Origin: a virus
Lineage: Duplodnaviria > Caudoviricetes
IMG/VR virus record: IMGVR_UViG_3300044703_000023
Span: 207-64,206 of that record
Length of the DNA stretch: 64,000 nucleotides
Reading direction: 5' to 3' (one strand)
Below, piece after piece: positions 9,939-20,535 of this stretch. The position numbers were made by a program, and so were the translations under genes. The notes beneath the pieces were generated by a model that did not search any database, was not told where the DNA came from, and was given only the letters and a program-made list of their open reading frames with translations. Position 1 is the stretch's first letter. The number at the start of each line of letters is the position of its first letter.

Positions 9939-11207
9939 CTACATGCCACTCACATAGGGAAGGTTGATCAACGCCGACTGATTCGACCTGTTTTTGCACA
10001 ACAGATCGTACCTAGCGTAGTTCGCGTACTGGAAAGCATCGTACGGAGCGCCGCTTCCAGACTTTACCCACATCTTGTTGCCGTTGCCGTCATCCCAGAA
10101 CTTCGGAAGGACGACGTATTCAATGGCCCAGTCAGATAGGTACAGATCCCAAATGACAGACTTGGGAGCCTGGTTATCCAGCACCCATGTTTGCCCGTTG
10201 TGACTTGCGGCCCCGATGCCCAAATCAAACTTGGAAGCGTTCATGCCAATGATGCGCTGAAGGCCGTAAGTTGACGTGTAGCCAAGTTGTCGGTAGTTGA
10301 ATTCCTGCGTGGTGTGCGAGATGTAAGTTCGGCCACCCTTGCTCACATTTGCACCACTGCGCCGGCGGCGTTTAGCTTCCATCAAATCCAACATACCGGG
10401 AGTTAATGCCGTTCCACCGACTCCGGTAGAAGCGCCTGCATCCAGAATGGTGGCCTTGATTCCGCCATAGACTGCCGTATCCACGCCGAGGTAGGTAGAC
10501 GACGTTTCACTCACATGGTAGGGAATGCCGTGGGGCATCAAACCGTATGATCCATAGTGATGGGCCGTGTCGGTCGCTACTGCGTCAGTAGGAACGGTGT
10601 CGAAAGTAACGGTGTCGCCTGAGATTGAAACCACAGTAGAAACTGTGACTGCCCCAGACTGGTTATGCGCAACACCTGCGGAAGAGTAGAAGACGAGCCG
10701 TGCGCCAATCTGAATGTTCTCGGCGCCGTAGTCGCCTACGAAAGCAACCGTTCCAGACGATCCGGTGACAACTGTCCCGGCGACACCGATAGCGCCTGTT
10801 CCAGTGCCGTGCATCCAGAGGTTTTGCCAGTGACGAAAAGTTTTCTGATCAGACTCCATCGGCATCCGAGCGAACTTCACCAGATCGGATTCCGTAGCCT
10901 GATCGAGAACAGAGCGATTGATTTCGCCCATCATAAATTGATTGAGGTAGTAGATACGCAACTGGACGATTGCGGGAGTGCCAGCCAAGGGAAGCTGCCC
11001 ACCTTCGGTAATTGCGCCATAAGAAGCGTTCGGGACGACTTGAATCGGGACCCTGCGGCCAAGCTCATTGGTACGCTCCTTCTCACCCTTCATAAAGAGA
11101 TCAAAGGTTGGCGCTTCCTCATCCGTGCCGTTTAGAAACGCACTTCTGAGAACAGGCTCGATCCTTTCAGTCATCACCTTGGAGGCGGTGGCTACTGTAT
11201 ATGCCAT
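9939..11207 (-). CDS. Major capsid protein
   Basis: 422 aa after the scaffold gene; YGAITEGGQLP..G motif, late DNQAP, terminal RSNQSALINL, as in HK97-fold P22-like coats. Confidence 0.85.
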   Translation of the reverse strand: MAYTVATASKVMTERIEPVLRSAFLNGTDEEAPTFDLFMKGEKERTNELGRRVPIQVVPNASYGAITEGGQLPLAGTPAIVQLRIYYLNQFMMGEINRSVLDQATESDLVKFARMPMESDQKTFRHWQNLWMHGTGTGAIGVAGTVVTGSSGTVAFVGDYGAENIQIGARLVFYSSAGVAHNQSGAVTVSTVVSISGDTVTFDTVPTDAVATDTAHHYGSYGLMPHGIPYHVSETSSTYLGVDTAVYGGIKATILDAGASTGVGGTALTPGMLDLMEAKRRRRSGANVSKGGRTYISHTTQEFNYRQLGYTSTYGLQRIIGMNASKFDLGIGAASHNGQTWVLDNQAPKSVIWDLYLSDWAIEYVVLPKFWDDGNGNKMWVKSGSGAPYDAFQYANYARYDLLCKNRSNQSALINLPYVSGM

Positions 11208-11228
11208 TTAACTTATCTCCTGTCGTGG

Positions 11229-12446
11229 CTAAGCGGCTTTTTCCGCCTCGTCCCAGGTGGTAGGTTGTGCGACTTGCACGCCTACGCTTGAGCCGGGAGC
11301 AGGAGGTATGGGATTGGCCGCACGTGAATTGCCTTTAGACTGGTTGGCATACGCTTCGATCTCGCTAAGAATCGCCTGCACCTTTGCGCTTGCTTTGACA
11401 CTTTCAGCCGCGGCGCGAGCACGAACTTTCAGGTTGTCTTCCTCACGAAAAGCATTCTGAAATTCCCGGCGCTTGGTTGCCTCAAAGACGTAACTGACGA
11501 GCTTTGTATTCTCGTCAACGGCGTCGAAGGCGGCTTCAATGTTGTGCTTGCTAAGGATGTCGCGAGCGGCTTCCTTGAGGTTGGCTATCTTGGGCGGATC
11601 GTTGGGTTGCGCTTCCAGTCCGGAATCGCGAATCACCTCGTCCACAACACTCCACACGTTGTTATAAAGCTCGGTCTGCTTCTGTGAAATTTCAGCCTGT
11701 TGGGCTTGTTGCTCGTGAGTCGTAACCTTGCCGTTAACAGCATCAAACTGCTTTTGCAGGGTATCGACTTTCGCTTGAAATTCCGCTGCGATCCTTTGTT
11801 TCTCCTGCTCCTGAGCACTAACAACCTCTTGGAATCGCTGAGCGAGTTGCTCGTCCGACATTTGGTTGATCTGCTCGGGGGTTAGCGGAGAAGAAAGATC
11901 CGCAGGCTTTGCTGTTTGAGCGGGTGGTGGAGTAATAGTGGCGGGTTGGCCGTTCGGCTGTTGGCGACTCTTTGCCTCGTCAAAAGGTATGCCCAGCACT
12001 TCGGGGCTGTGGCGCTTAAAGATGTCGATAACGTGCTCGGTGTACCGAGACTTCGAACGGCTGAACAGATCGTCTCCGAATTCCTGAATGGGCTTCTCAA
12101 AGTCGAGGAAAGTGTGGACTGCTCTGGCGTCCTGATACTGTCGCTTCGCCCACCGCTTTGCAGCAGCAGTTGAGAGGGCGGCTATTTCAGGGGGATCGTC
12201 AGCCTCTGCCACATATTCGTCGGCTTTGGGAGTTTCCTTTACAGGTTCGGCGATCGGTTCTTGGCTTTCGCTTTCACGCACGGCAACTGGCTCAGCTTCA
12301 ATCTGAGGAGCTTCCGGTTTTTCAAGCGTTGGTGCTTCGGCCTCTGGAATCGGACTCGGAGCCACAGGCGCGGCTTCAACCGGAGCAGGTACAGGATCAA
12401 CCTGCGTCGCTACCGATGCTGAGTCCCAAGTATTTTCTGGCGTCAT
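11229..12446 (-). CDS. Capsid scaffolding protein
   Basis: Pro/Glu-rich N-terminus, coiled coil, C-terminal PTTWDEA; between portal and capsid. Confidence 0.75.
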   Translation of the reverse strand: MTPENTWDSASVATQVDPVPAPVEAAPVAPSPIPEAEAPTLEKPEAPQIEAEPVAVRESESQEPIAEPVKETPKADEYVAEADDPPEIAALSTAAAKRWAKRQYQDARAVHTFLDFEKPIQEFGDDLFSRSKSRYTEHVIDIFKRHSPEVLGIPFDEAKSRQQPNGQPATITPPPAQTAKPADLSSPLTPEQINQMSDEQLAQRFQEVVSAQEQEKQRIAAEFQAKVDTLQKQFDAVNGKVTTHEQQAQQAEISQKQTELYNNVWSVVDEVIRDSGLEAQPNDPPKIANLKEAARDILSKHNIEAAFDAVDENTKLVSYVFEATKRREFQNAFREEDNLKVRARAAAESVKASAKVQAILSEIEAYANQSKGNSRAANPIPPAPGSSVGVQVAQPTTWDEAEKAA

Positions 12447-12575
12447 AGTTTCCCTTTCCGCATCAAGCGGTAAGATTTACTGTCAGCCAGATTGGTAACA
12501 CGAAAATCAAACTTACGTTTTCGAGCGGCAGATTCAGATGGAAAATGAGGGATCGAGAAGCGTATAATTCAGGGC

Positions 12576-13060
12576 ATGGAATCACCACGAGTTATATGGC
12601 TGGAAGACGGCGAAGAATTTTGTGACCATTACTTTCTGATGGCCGAGCCTTGCGATGCGGAGTTTTGTCGAGTGGGTCGGCTAGCGAATCGGACTTTTGA
12701 GCGGGAAGGGAAGTAAGAGGTATGAATATCAACGAAATGATCAAGCAGGTTCACAGTCTCTTGGAAACTCCCCTGAGGTCAATGCTGCGATACTTGCCGC
12801 AGACGAGGCGTTTGTTCAGACCATGTTTCCTGAGGCATTCCGAGACACGCTCGATGCTGAATTCATTCTTGACGACATCTTAGACGCAGAGGAGATTGGA
12901 TGAACTGGAGTCGCCCGTTATTACCGCCCGCAGACGATTGGCCTGACAGCTACTTCTATATTCGCCCGCCTAAAAAGATGCGCCGTAAACTCGGACGTTT
13001 AATCAAACAAGGAAAGATACTCAAACAGCGTTATCAGTTGGCAGTTCCGCGCTCTAGTTG
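12576..13060 (+). other. Opposite-strand moron of 2-3 tiny ORFs between portal and scaffold
   Basis: TATAAT at 12563, then MESPRVIWLEDG... (ATG 12576), an acidic ORF ending 12903 and MNWSRPLLPP... (ATG 12900). Confidence 0.5.
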
Positions 13061-15697
13061 AGCAGCCGCATCCACTACCGCTGAATGCTCTTTCAACTGC
13101 GATTGAATGAGCGCGTCGTGTTCTTTCTTCTGCATCTCAACTTGCGCTTCATGTTCCCGATCATCCTGCTTCAGAGCGTGTTCGCCTAACGCCTGCGCCA
13201 CCATCTCTTGTTTCCCCTGCTCACCCGCTTGTGCGGCTTCGGCGTCTGCCTGCTGTTTCTGTTGTGCGGCCATCTGCTCTTGAGCGGCCATCTGGGGAGC
13301 CTGAGAAGCTAACTGTGCGGCACCCATTTCCTGAGCCTGTCCTACGACTCCCTTAGACAAATGCAAATCGTGAACTGTCTGCACGACCATTCTCAATAAT
13401 GTGTCGGCGTTTCTACCTTCATCAGACAGCCACCAATCTTGATAGAAGTCCCGGAACGCTTCATGCTGATCCATTGAAGGATTCACTCGTGCCCATTCTG
13501 CGGTATTAGCTAAAACAACTTGAACCATCTCCTCCGAAGCGGGGAAGCCCCCACCAGAAACAATCTTTGAGACGCGAGCATATTCCTCAATCCTCATGCT
13601 GGCATTTCTTTGCGCCGCGCCCCACTCGTCTACACTGAAGTCCTGGTTAAAAGCAGGAGCGATAATCGACAACATCTGCTTGTCACCCTTCACCTGTGCG
13701 GCCGCTTGAGCAAATCCTGCGGCATTCGCTCGTTCCTGCTGTGGCGTGGTTGGCATCCATGAACCATCGACCGGCTTAACGATAAAGTCGTTTCTTACGT
13801 CTGAATTGAAGAACGCTCTAACACCACGTTCCGTGTACTCGACTTCGCCTTTCTCATCGCACCTGTCTGCCATACCAAGAAAGGTTTCTGCGGTGTAATT
13901 TTCTCGCTCAAGCTCAAGGACTTGTTTGATCCACTCGGCTCCCGCAAAGGCTTGAAGTTTCCTGTTTGGGATCAGCCGACCGACAGCCTGATCTCTCGAC
14001 GCCTCAACTCCGGTAGCCGTGCCTAACTGCTTTGCATCTGCCGCACCCTGCATTGATAGTGATGACGTTCCGGCGGCATCTTGCAGGCTTGAACGCATGG
14101 CGTCACGGAAGCCATAGACATCGCCGGACAAGCCTTCTGGTTGGGTATGGCCTACGGCCCACGCCGCTACGTCATTAACCTCTGGTGGCGCTCCTTCTAC
14201 AATTCCAACTTGATTGATGCCGGGCATCTGCCCACCTTGGACCGCCCCACTGCGCATAAAGTCCCTGCCTGAAGCAAATTGATAATGATGCCCCACTATA
14301 AATGCGTTTTCATCGTTGATCGTATCTTGTGGGCCAAGTAAAGCTACCGTTCCTGATCCATGCTGTGCATGCTCTCTCAGTCCATAAACCACCTTTGTCC
14401 AGCACTTATTCTTGTTGGAAGGAAAGATATCGAGAACTGTCTGAGCAATACGTGCAACGCAACACCCTGAAGGGTACTGATCTACTGATAGCTTTGTTCC
14501 CGCAGGTAATGTCCGTCCATCGCCTAATGTCTCGTTCTCTTTGTTCTCGTATCGTTGATAGACTTTCGGATCAAGCCAAACCAGTTCACCTTCAATCTTC
14601 TCGAACTGCCCGCCGCCTGCGTCATCCGATGAAACGTTCCAGCCTGAATTAGAAGCCTGATTCTGCGCCTCGGAACGATGCCGACCTTCTGTCGATTCGA
14701 CGCTTGAGGGGATCTTCGTGTTAGGGAAGAATGCTTCCCAGTCGCACCGTCTCAGTACCAGTCGCCAGCGAATGAAGGAACTCGACTCAATGTCTCTTCC
14801 GTTCAGATCAATCTGCACCATCGTCGCATCAGGTCTTACTGTAACCACCCGCCCCGCAGGTCTCGACTTCTGTTCCGTCTGCATCCCCTCTGAACCAGGA
14901 GATTCTATTTCCCGAGTCTCAGTATCTCCGCAGTTTGGGCAATTCCAGCCTGCTACCTTAGTGGCCTCGTATCCAGCCTTTCTACTTTCTTCGTAGTCGT
15001 CTGCCTGTTGAGGATCGTAAGCGATGTCGGCCACTGTTTTAGCTACGGGTTTGGCTGGATGCGCAGAGATTCCGCAGGTGCGGCAAACTGTGTGGCTTTT
15101 GCCTTCCGTTAATTGCCTGACGACGCTTAACTCAACGCTTTTTTCTTGGCTCTCAGCATTCGGATCAAAGAACGTGTATCGGAAAGCTGTAGTTTTCAGC
15201 AGTAGAGACATATTCTCGCCCTGAATGAAGGGCTCAGTCTCAATGCGATCCTGATTGATTTCTATCCTGCGTTCGGCAAAATTAGCAGCTTCGCGCATCT
15301 CTGCGCTAAATTTGTTTGAGGCTTCGGGATGATATTCAATTCGATTGCGACACATCTCCATCTGGAGCTTATCGATCTGTTTTTTGTACTCATTATCTTT
15401 GGGAAGAATTTCTCCAGTAATTACCTGATTGTCTACCCACTCGCCGTTGCGTACTTCACCATCCCATCGCCCATCATAGTAAGCGACGCACCGAGTCATT
15501 TCATTGTGAATCTTTAGGTTCTCGTTCTGGTCAAGCGAGGCTATAGCATCAAGTGTTTTGTTGAGATACTTCAACAGCCGAGGGGCGTTAATACGCTCTT
15601 CTTGTCGCTCTTGAGTTAAGCGATCCGGCGGCTGATTAGGATCGCGAGGGACTAGCGCGCCGTGTGCGGACTCGAATTGTGAGACTTGAGCACTCAT
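13034..15697 (-). CDS. Portal protein
   Basis: 887 aa downstream of terminase; YYDGRW, TATGVEA..DQA and Gln/Ala-rich barrel as in P22-like portals; internal CRTC...CPNC. Confidence 0.85.
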   Translation of the reverse strand: MSAQVSQFESAHGALVPRDPNQPPDRLTQERQEERINAPRLLKYLNKTLDAIASLDQNENLKIHNEMTRCVAYYDGRWDGEVRNGEWVDNQVITGEILPKDNEYKKQIDKLQMEMCRNRIEYHPEASNKFSAEMREAANFAERRIEINQDRIETEPFIQGENMSLLLKTTAFRYTFFDPNAESQEKSVELSVVRQLTEGKSHTVCRTCGISAHPAKPVAKTVADIAYDPQQADDYEESRKAGYEATKVAGWNCPNCGDTETREIESPGSEGMQTEQKSRPAGRVVTVRPDATMVQIDLNGRDIESSSFIRWRLVLRRCDWEAFFPNTKIPSSVESTEGRHRSEAQNQASNSGWNVSSDDAGGGQFEKIEGELVWLDPKVYQRYENKENETLGDGRTLPAGTKLSVDQYPSGCCVARIAQTVLDIFPSNKNKCWTKVVYGLREHAQHGSGTVALLGPQDTINDENAFIVGHHYQFASGRDFMRSGAVQGGQMPGINQVGIVEGAPPEVNDVAAWAVGHTQPEGLSGDVYGFRDAMRSSLQDAAGTSSLSMQGAADAKQLGTATGVEASRDQAVGRLIPNRKLQAFAGAEWIKQVLELERENYTAETFLGMADRCDEKGEVEYTERGVRAFFNSDVRNDFIVKPVDGSWMPTTPQQERANAAGFAQAAAQVKGDKQMLSIIAPAFNQDFSVDEWGAAQRNASMRIEEYARVSKIVSGGGFPASEEMVQVVLANTAEWARVNPSMDQHEAFRDFYQDWWLSDEGRNADTLLRMVVQTVHDLHLSKGVVGQAQEMGAAQLASQAPQMAAQEQMAAQQKQQADAEAAQAGEQGKQEMVAQALGEHALKQDDREHEAQVEMQKKEHDALIQSQLKEHSAVVDAAAQLERGTAN

Positions 15698-15999
15698 TGA
15701 TTACCGTTGCTCCTTGCTGCCGCTGCCGCAAGTATTTCTTCCGCTGTAGGAACATGATTCGGGTCAGGGTTCTCTGCTAGGTAAAGTTTCTTGGCCGTCA
15801 TTCCTATTGGCGGCTGTCGCAGGGGCTCACTTACCTTCGCTGGCGGTGTGAATAACGGCGTGACGTTTACCTTCTGCAAGAGTTTCCCCTGCCACTCCCG
15901 CAATTCGCGTCGCAGACGTGCATTATCCCGCCGCTCGCGCTGATACAAACGTATCCACCCGGACACAGCGGGATTGAGAATTATTCGGGGGAACCTCAA
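15694..15999 (-). CDS. Hypothetical protein
   Basis: 4-bp overlap with portal. Confidence 0.5.
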   Translation of the reverse strand: MRFPRIILNPAVSGWIRLYQRERRDNARLRRELREWQGKLLQKVNVTPLFTPPAKVSEPLRQPPIGMTAKKLYLAENPDPNHVPTAEEILAAAAARSNGNQ

Positions 16000-16013
16000 A
16001 CGGAACCCTCTTT

Positions 16014-16493
16014 CTATGCGAACAGAAGCGAGCCGTCAGGCTTCGTTACCTTCGCCCATTCAGCCGGGGTCGAATCAGGCCCAAACCCTTCGCCAATCGC
16101 AAATGCATCGCCATCCTTCGGTCTAACCTGCATCCCCGTCCTTGGCGCAACAATGCCCAAAGGATTGACCGATGATAGACGCTTGGATGACTCGCTTGCA
16201 TTAGGATCACTCTGCGGGCTAATGCCCACATAAGGCCCACCGCCGTTGACGTGATCGTTGACCACGAATAGCTGCGACTTGAGAATCTTCCCGGCTAGCG
16301 AGTTATCGGCCGGCTGCTCGTCTTTCGCCTTGTCTTTAACGGCTTCCATGCTCTTGGCGTTTACCGTTGCGCCCGATTTACCGGCGGGATCAACTTGTGC
16401 GGCCAGTGCTGAAGCCGACTTCGAGTGATCGGTCGGGTCCTCGGGTGTTCCTGGTGATGCTTTCTTCGGTTTCTCGATATTCTTGTCTGCCAT
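16014..16493 (-). CDS. Hypothetical protein
   Basis: GGGAGG RBS. Confidence 0.6.
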   Translation of the reverse strand: MADKNIEKPKKASPGTPEDPTDHSKSASALAAQVDPAGKSGATVNAKSMEAVKDKAKDEQPADNSLAGKILKSQLFVVNDHVNGGGPYVGISPQSDPNASESSKRLSSVNPLGIVAPRTGMQVRPKDGDAFAIGEGFGPDSTPAEWAKVTKPDGSLLFA

Positions 16494-16536
16494 CGCTCTT
16501 TCCTCCCTGGAAATTGAAGGTCACTTGATAAGGGGG

Positions 16537-18666
16537 CTACCGCCTGAACCTGATTCTACTAGGAGCCACGAACTTACGTTCTGAGTTGGCACTTTCTGCT
16601 TCCATGCGTTTCAAGTAGAGGTCACGACTCTGAATCTTTGCTTGCTGGATTGCCGGGTCAACTTCTTCTTGAATTGCTGGCAGTCTGATTTCAGGCGCGA
16701 GTCTAGACTCCTTGCGCTCCGCCGCTGTTAGCGGGGCGACGCTTACTCCCCATCGCGCGAGCGCGTATCGCACGGTCGTAATGATGTCATCAAACACCGC
16801 CTTGGGGCGCATCTTCTGAACTGGCTTGCCTCGCTCATCGGGAGGAAAATGCCAAGAGCCGATCTCTGCTCTCAGTCTCTTGTATCCGCGCTGCGTTTTC
16901 GATGGCGTTACGAAATGGCTTGCGGATCGTTCGTTATAGGCAAGATCGTATTCACCGTTAGGTGCAACAAAATAAATTCTCGCACGTCCTTTAAGTGCGG
17001 GACGGAACGGGTTGGGCAAATGCTTGTCAGTTAGCTCGAAGTGGTACCGTAGCTTTGATACCCCACTAAAAAAATCAAGATCCGGAATATTCCAGTTATC
17101 GCCACACTGGGTCAGTAGAACTTCCTTGGGATCAGCAGCTTCATGGCTCATGTCATTGACGCCGGGTGTACGAGCCCACTTCTTATCAAGTCTGACTCCA
17201 AACTCCCGCTCAATCCCGCTGTAGTAACTGAACGCCTGCAATTCAGAAGCTCCGATAGGCTCTATAGGTAAAGCACAAAAGAAAAACAGTGAGTCGGTAA
17301 AAGGGAAGGCCGTTGATGGGCGAGCAAAGAGATTATACGCCCAAATGTGGGTGTCGTTTTCTGTCTTGGCTGATATTCCGTAATCTGAAACCCTGCCCCA
17401 CTTCCACGCGTCGGGAATCACGTATCGCCCATCCACGCCGTAAAAATATTGCGATAGCCGTGCGGATTCAAAGCCCGCCACTAATTCCTTCCAAGTGATG
17501 AAACAATACTCTTCACGGCAGTTCTTGATCACACGTCCTGGCTGTGACGCCTCATAGTTGCGATCAATCTCTTGCGCGATTTCCTCGTCCGTCATTGCGG
17601 GGCCGAGATAGCCGAAAGGTAACGCGTTATACCAACGCTTGTCGTACCAAGGATGCTCACGCCAATCCATTTCGAACTTTGCTGTCTTGCTGTCGTGCGC
17701 CAATTCCGAAAACTTATTGAACTTCCCTTGTACCGAGGACACATCGCAAATAGTGTTGGCCGTGCGAGAGAGAGAGGTATGTTGCTGATAGCCCCCGTTA
17801 GGCCACGCGGCTGACTCATCCTTTAATACGAACGTAGCCCGTCTCTGCCGACCGACATTAGCCGTGGGTGCGTCTCCCTGAATAATTGAACCGTTTTCTG
17901 CGTTCACCATCTGCATGAACGGCATATCTCTATCTAAGCTAAACCCTCTAGGTAGCAACTCGGTTGGCAGGAGTCGAAGCTGAAACCTCAGCTTCTCAAA
18001 CAATGTTCCTGGGTCTTTTTTGGAGTCAACGAGGTCTTCGTTTGCGGAGAGCGGCATGGCATAAAAATTTGCCCGATACCTCCACTGTTTCAGTACCCAA
18101 CGCAAAGCAATTTCAGTAGCTCCCATCGTTCGGCACTTTTCAACTACCCCTGACGTTCGCTTATCAAACGTAATGAACTCCAACCATTTGACATACCGCT
18201 CCTGAAACTCAAACGGCGATAACGGCATGACTGCTATCGGCGCGTCAGGCCGGGGGTCGATTGTCCAGGCGTAAAACTTAAACCAATGGAGAGTGTCAAC
18301 CTCGCACTTATAGTTCTCAGCCTTCCAGTTGGTTACAGAATCAAGGTACGTAAGACGCTCTTCTGCTATGTCGGCGGCCCGAGTCAACTGCCAATTAAGC
18401 AGATCGCGTTGGTACTCCCTGGCTCCGCGCTCAATCTCGTTTTGGGATTGTTCAATTAAAGGAAGGAGTTTGGCCTCTTCGGCAGAAATGAGGTGCCGGG
18501 CGCTAACACACTGTTCAAGCGCAGATAAAAGGAGGGGATTGGATTCCCGCCAACTCCTAGTGTGAGTACTCTGGCTGGCTCGTAACTTCTCCAGAAGTAT
18601 TTGCTTGGCCTCGGGCGGCAATGACCGCCAACTCCCGCTCAATATCGGAGTCGAGTTTGTTGACAT
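16537..18666 (-). CDS. terL: Terminase large subunit
   Basis: PFEFQ adenine motif, VEKCRTMGAT Walker A, FVLKDESA Walker B, C-terminal nuclease FDDIITTVRY. Confidence 0.9.
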   Translation of the reverse strand: MSTNSTPILSGSWRSLPPEAKQILLEKLRASQSTHTRSWRESNPLLLSALEQCVSARHLISAEEAKLLPLIEQSQNEIERGAREYQRDLLNWQLTRAADIAEERLTYLDSVTNWKAENYKCEVDTLHWFKFYAWTIDPRPDAPIAVMPLSPFEFQERYVKWLEFITFDKRTSGVVEKCRTMGATEIALRWVLKQWRYRANFYAMPLSANEDLVDSKKDPGTLFEKLRFQLRLLPTELLPRGFSLDRDMPFMQMVNAENGSIIQGDAPTANVGRQRRATFVLKDESAAWPNGGYQQHTSLSRTANTICDVSSVQGKFNKFSELAHDSKTAKFEMDWREHPWYDKRWYNALPFGYLGPAMTDEEIAQEIDRNYEASQPGRVIKNCREEYCFITWKELVAGFESARLSQYFYGVDGRYVIPDAWKWGRVSDYGISAKTENDTHIWAYNLFARPSTAFPFTDSLFFFCALPIEPIGASELQAFSYYSGIEREFGVRLDKKWARTPGVNDMSHEAADPKEVLLTQCGDNWNIPDLDFFSGVSKLRYHFELTDKHLPNPFRPALKGRARIYFVAPNGEYDLAYNERSASHFVTPSKTQRGYKRLRAEIGSWHFPPDERGKPVQKMRPKAVFDDIITTVRYALARWGVSVAPLTAAERKESRLAPEIRLPAIQEEVDPAIQQAKIQSRDLYLKRMEAESANSERKFVAPSRIRFRR

Positions 18667-19012
18667 CTATGGTAACTCTCTCACGGTAGGTTTCCGGCTT
18701 GCGGCCTTTAAGCAGGAAGATAAGCAACGTGTCGCTGTACTTGCGGATCATGCCACACTCTGAACCTTGATAGAACACCGGCTCATCCACTCCGGCAAAT
18801 GCGCGGCGCCGTGCCTCTTCTTCAAGCTCATCAGTTCCAAAATCAACTGCCTCTTCCCACGCTGCGGCAAACTCAGCGTCCTCGCTTTTCCAGTTGTAAA
18901 TCGTGCGTCGTGAGATTTCTGCTAGCTGACACGCTTTGGAAACGTTCCCGCCTGTCTCTCTGATCGTGGCGAGAATTCCCTTTTTTTTTAAGGTTGTGCC
19001 CTTTTGTGCCAT
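18557..19012 (-). CDS. terS: Terminase small subunit
   Basis: GNVSKAC..AEISRRTIYNW HTH, LEEEARRRAFAGVDEPVFYQG, YSDTLLIFLLKG..PETYRE. Confidence 0.9.
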   Translation of the reverse strand: MAQKGTTLKKKGILATIRETGGNVSKACQLAEISRRTIYNWKSEDAEFAAAWEEAVDFGTDELEEEARRRAFAGVDEPVFYQGSECGMIRKYSDTLLIFLLKGRKPETYRERVTIDVNKLDSDIERELAVIAARGQANTSGEVTSQPEYSH

Positions 19013-19249
19013 TTTGTAAGAATTACTCTCTACCCGTCGCCCTGTAAGACGTTTGCTCAAGTGTTCCCCGGACTGTTGCGTTCTCCCAGTCTTGGGCACA
19101 GAGAATCCCTGAGTAGGAGGAACCGTCTATTGTCTGGGTTATTAGGAATTGTCTTACCACAGAGGTAAGGATAGTGCAGATTTAGGAATTATTTATTTGG
19201 GATTACCGCGAGCGTTTTCCGTGTCCAGTTTTCCGCTGGGAACATGTAT

Positions 19250-19381
19250 ATGGAAAACAAATCGATTCATCATCGCATCGTCAGCCTTATCGTCTTGCTC
19301 TTAACGGCAATTACCGGAGCAAAACTCATTATAAATGAAGCGTTGTCGCTCATTCTGGCGATACGTGAGATGTTTCAGTGA
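19250..19381 (+). CDS. 43-aa membrane peptide (not in ORF track)
   Basis: MENKSIHHRIVSLIVLLLTAITGAKLIINEALSLILAIREMFQ. Confidence 0.45.
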   Translation: MENKSIHHRIVSLIVLLLTAITGAKLIINEALSLILAIREMFQ

Positions 19382-19807
19382 ATGAAACACAGAACCTAGG
19401 ACTGGGGTTTTTGTCTTCATTTACCGAATAGATGTGAAACTATTCACTACCGGAGAGCGCAACAAGGGCATCCCCTCGCGCGCGCCTACTTTATCTTGCT
19501 CTTAGGCTCTGGAAGTCTTGTCTACCTGATTGAGCAAAGAACGCAACTGAAGTTGTGCGGGAAATACTTTTATACACTGGACCAGACCGCGCGCATCTGG
19601 CTTGAGTTTCTTGGCGAGTTACGACCGGGACGCTGCCCTCAGTGCTGGATCGAGTACCAGCTCGTTGCCCGGAAAAGAGCACAGACCAATGTCCGTGAGA
19701 GAAACCGCTTTCCAGTATCACCCCTGACAACTTCCCTCGGTTGCGTGCTTTATTCACAACTTGTTTTAAGTTATCAGTTCGCATTTCAGTTCGTCGCCTA
19801 CCGCTGT

Positions 19808-20374
19808 TTAGGCCATGAAAAGCAGACCAAGTATCGGATTCGGTGAATCATCACTTGATGGCTTTTCAGATTGCATTTCACGGGCTATCTGGATTGTGTC
19901 TATCCGCTGGTGATAGTCCATGCTTTGCTCTTGCGGGTTGAGAGTGAGGTGTGGGCGGCGAAAACCGCCCTTTTTGTTAATTGCTTGTTTAGATAAGGCG
20001 TCGGCCTCATCGTTACGTTCACGCGGGATCCACTTCATCTGGACGTTTGGAAGTTGGAGCCTCAGAGTTATGGCCTCACGAAAGTAAGGCAGATAAAGCC
20101 CTTTCTTCGCTTTCCACTGTCGATTTAGCTGTTTGATTACTAAGTCAGAATCACCGTAGATAAGGGCTTCCGTAAGATTGTGGGCGAGTAGGTACTTGAG
20201 AACCGCGATGGCGCCAGCGTACTCAGCCACGTTGCAGGTCATCGCGGAGCCGTGGCCGACGTAGCCCGCTTCCGAGAAAAGAATGCGGCCATCACGTTTG
20301 ACGATTGCGCCATACCCGGCGTGACCGCCAGGGGACTCAGGACCGCATGCACCATCGAACCAGCAAGTGATCAT
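19808..20374 (-). CDS. rnhA: Ribonuclease HI family protein
   Basis: WFDGA, TCNVAEY, GDSDLV, WIPRERNDEADALS catalytic motifs. Confidence 0.92.
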   Translation of the reverse strand: MITCWFDGACGPESPGGHAGYGAIVKRDGRILFSEAGYVGHGSAMTCNVAEYAGAIAVLKYLLAHNLTEALIYGDSDLVIKQLNRQWKAKKGLYLPYFREAITLRLQLPNVQMKWIPRERNDEADALSKQAINKKGGFRRPHLTLNPQEQSMDYHQRIDTIQIAREMQSEKPSSDDSPNPILGLLFMA

Positions 20375-20535
20375 AAGAAGTTAAGAGAAAAGGCCCGCCA
20401 GAATCGTGTTACGCCGATCCTGACAAGCCCTGTACTCTGGCGAAGCTATTCAGATGTCATCGGAGTGCCCGCGTAACCGAACAGCCCCGCCCTACTTACC
20501 AAAAGAAGTCTGACACGAAACGGGGATTTAAGTTT

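Noticed and set aside
18981-18989. A9 run in terS as a programmed frameshift
   Set aside because: Reads in frame as LKKK and no alternative product is evident.
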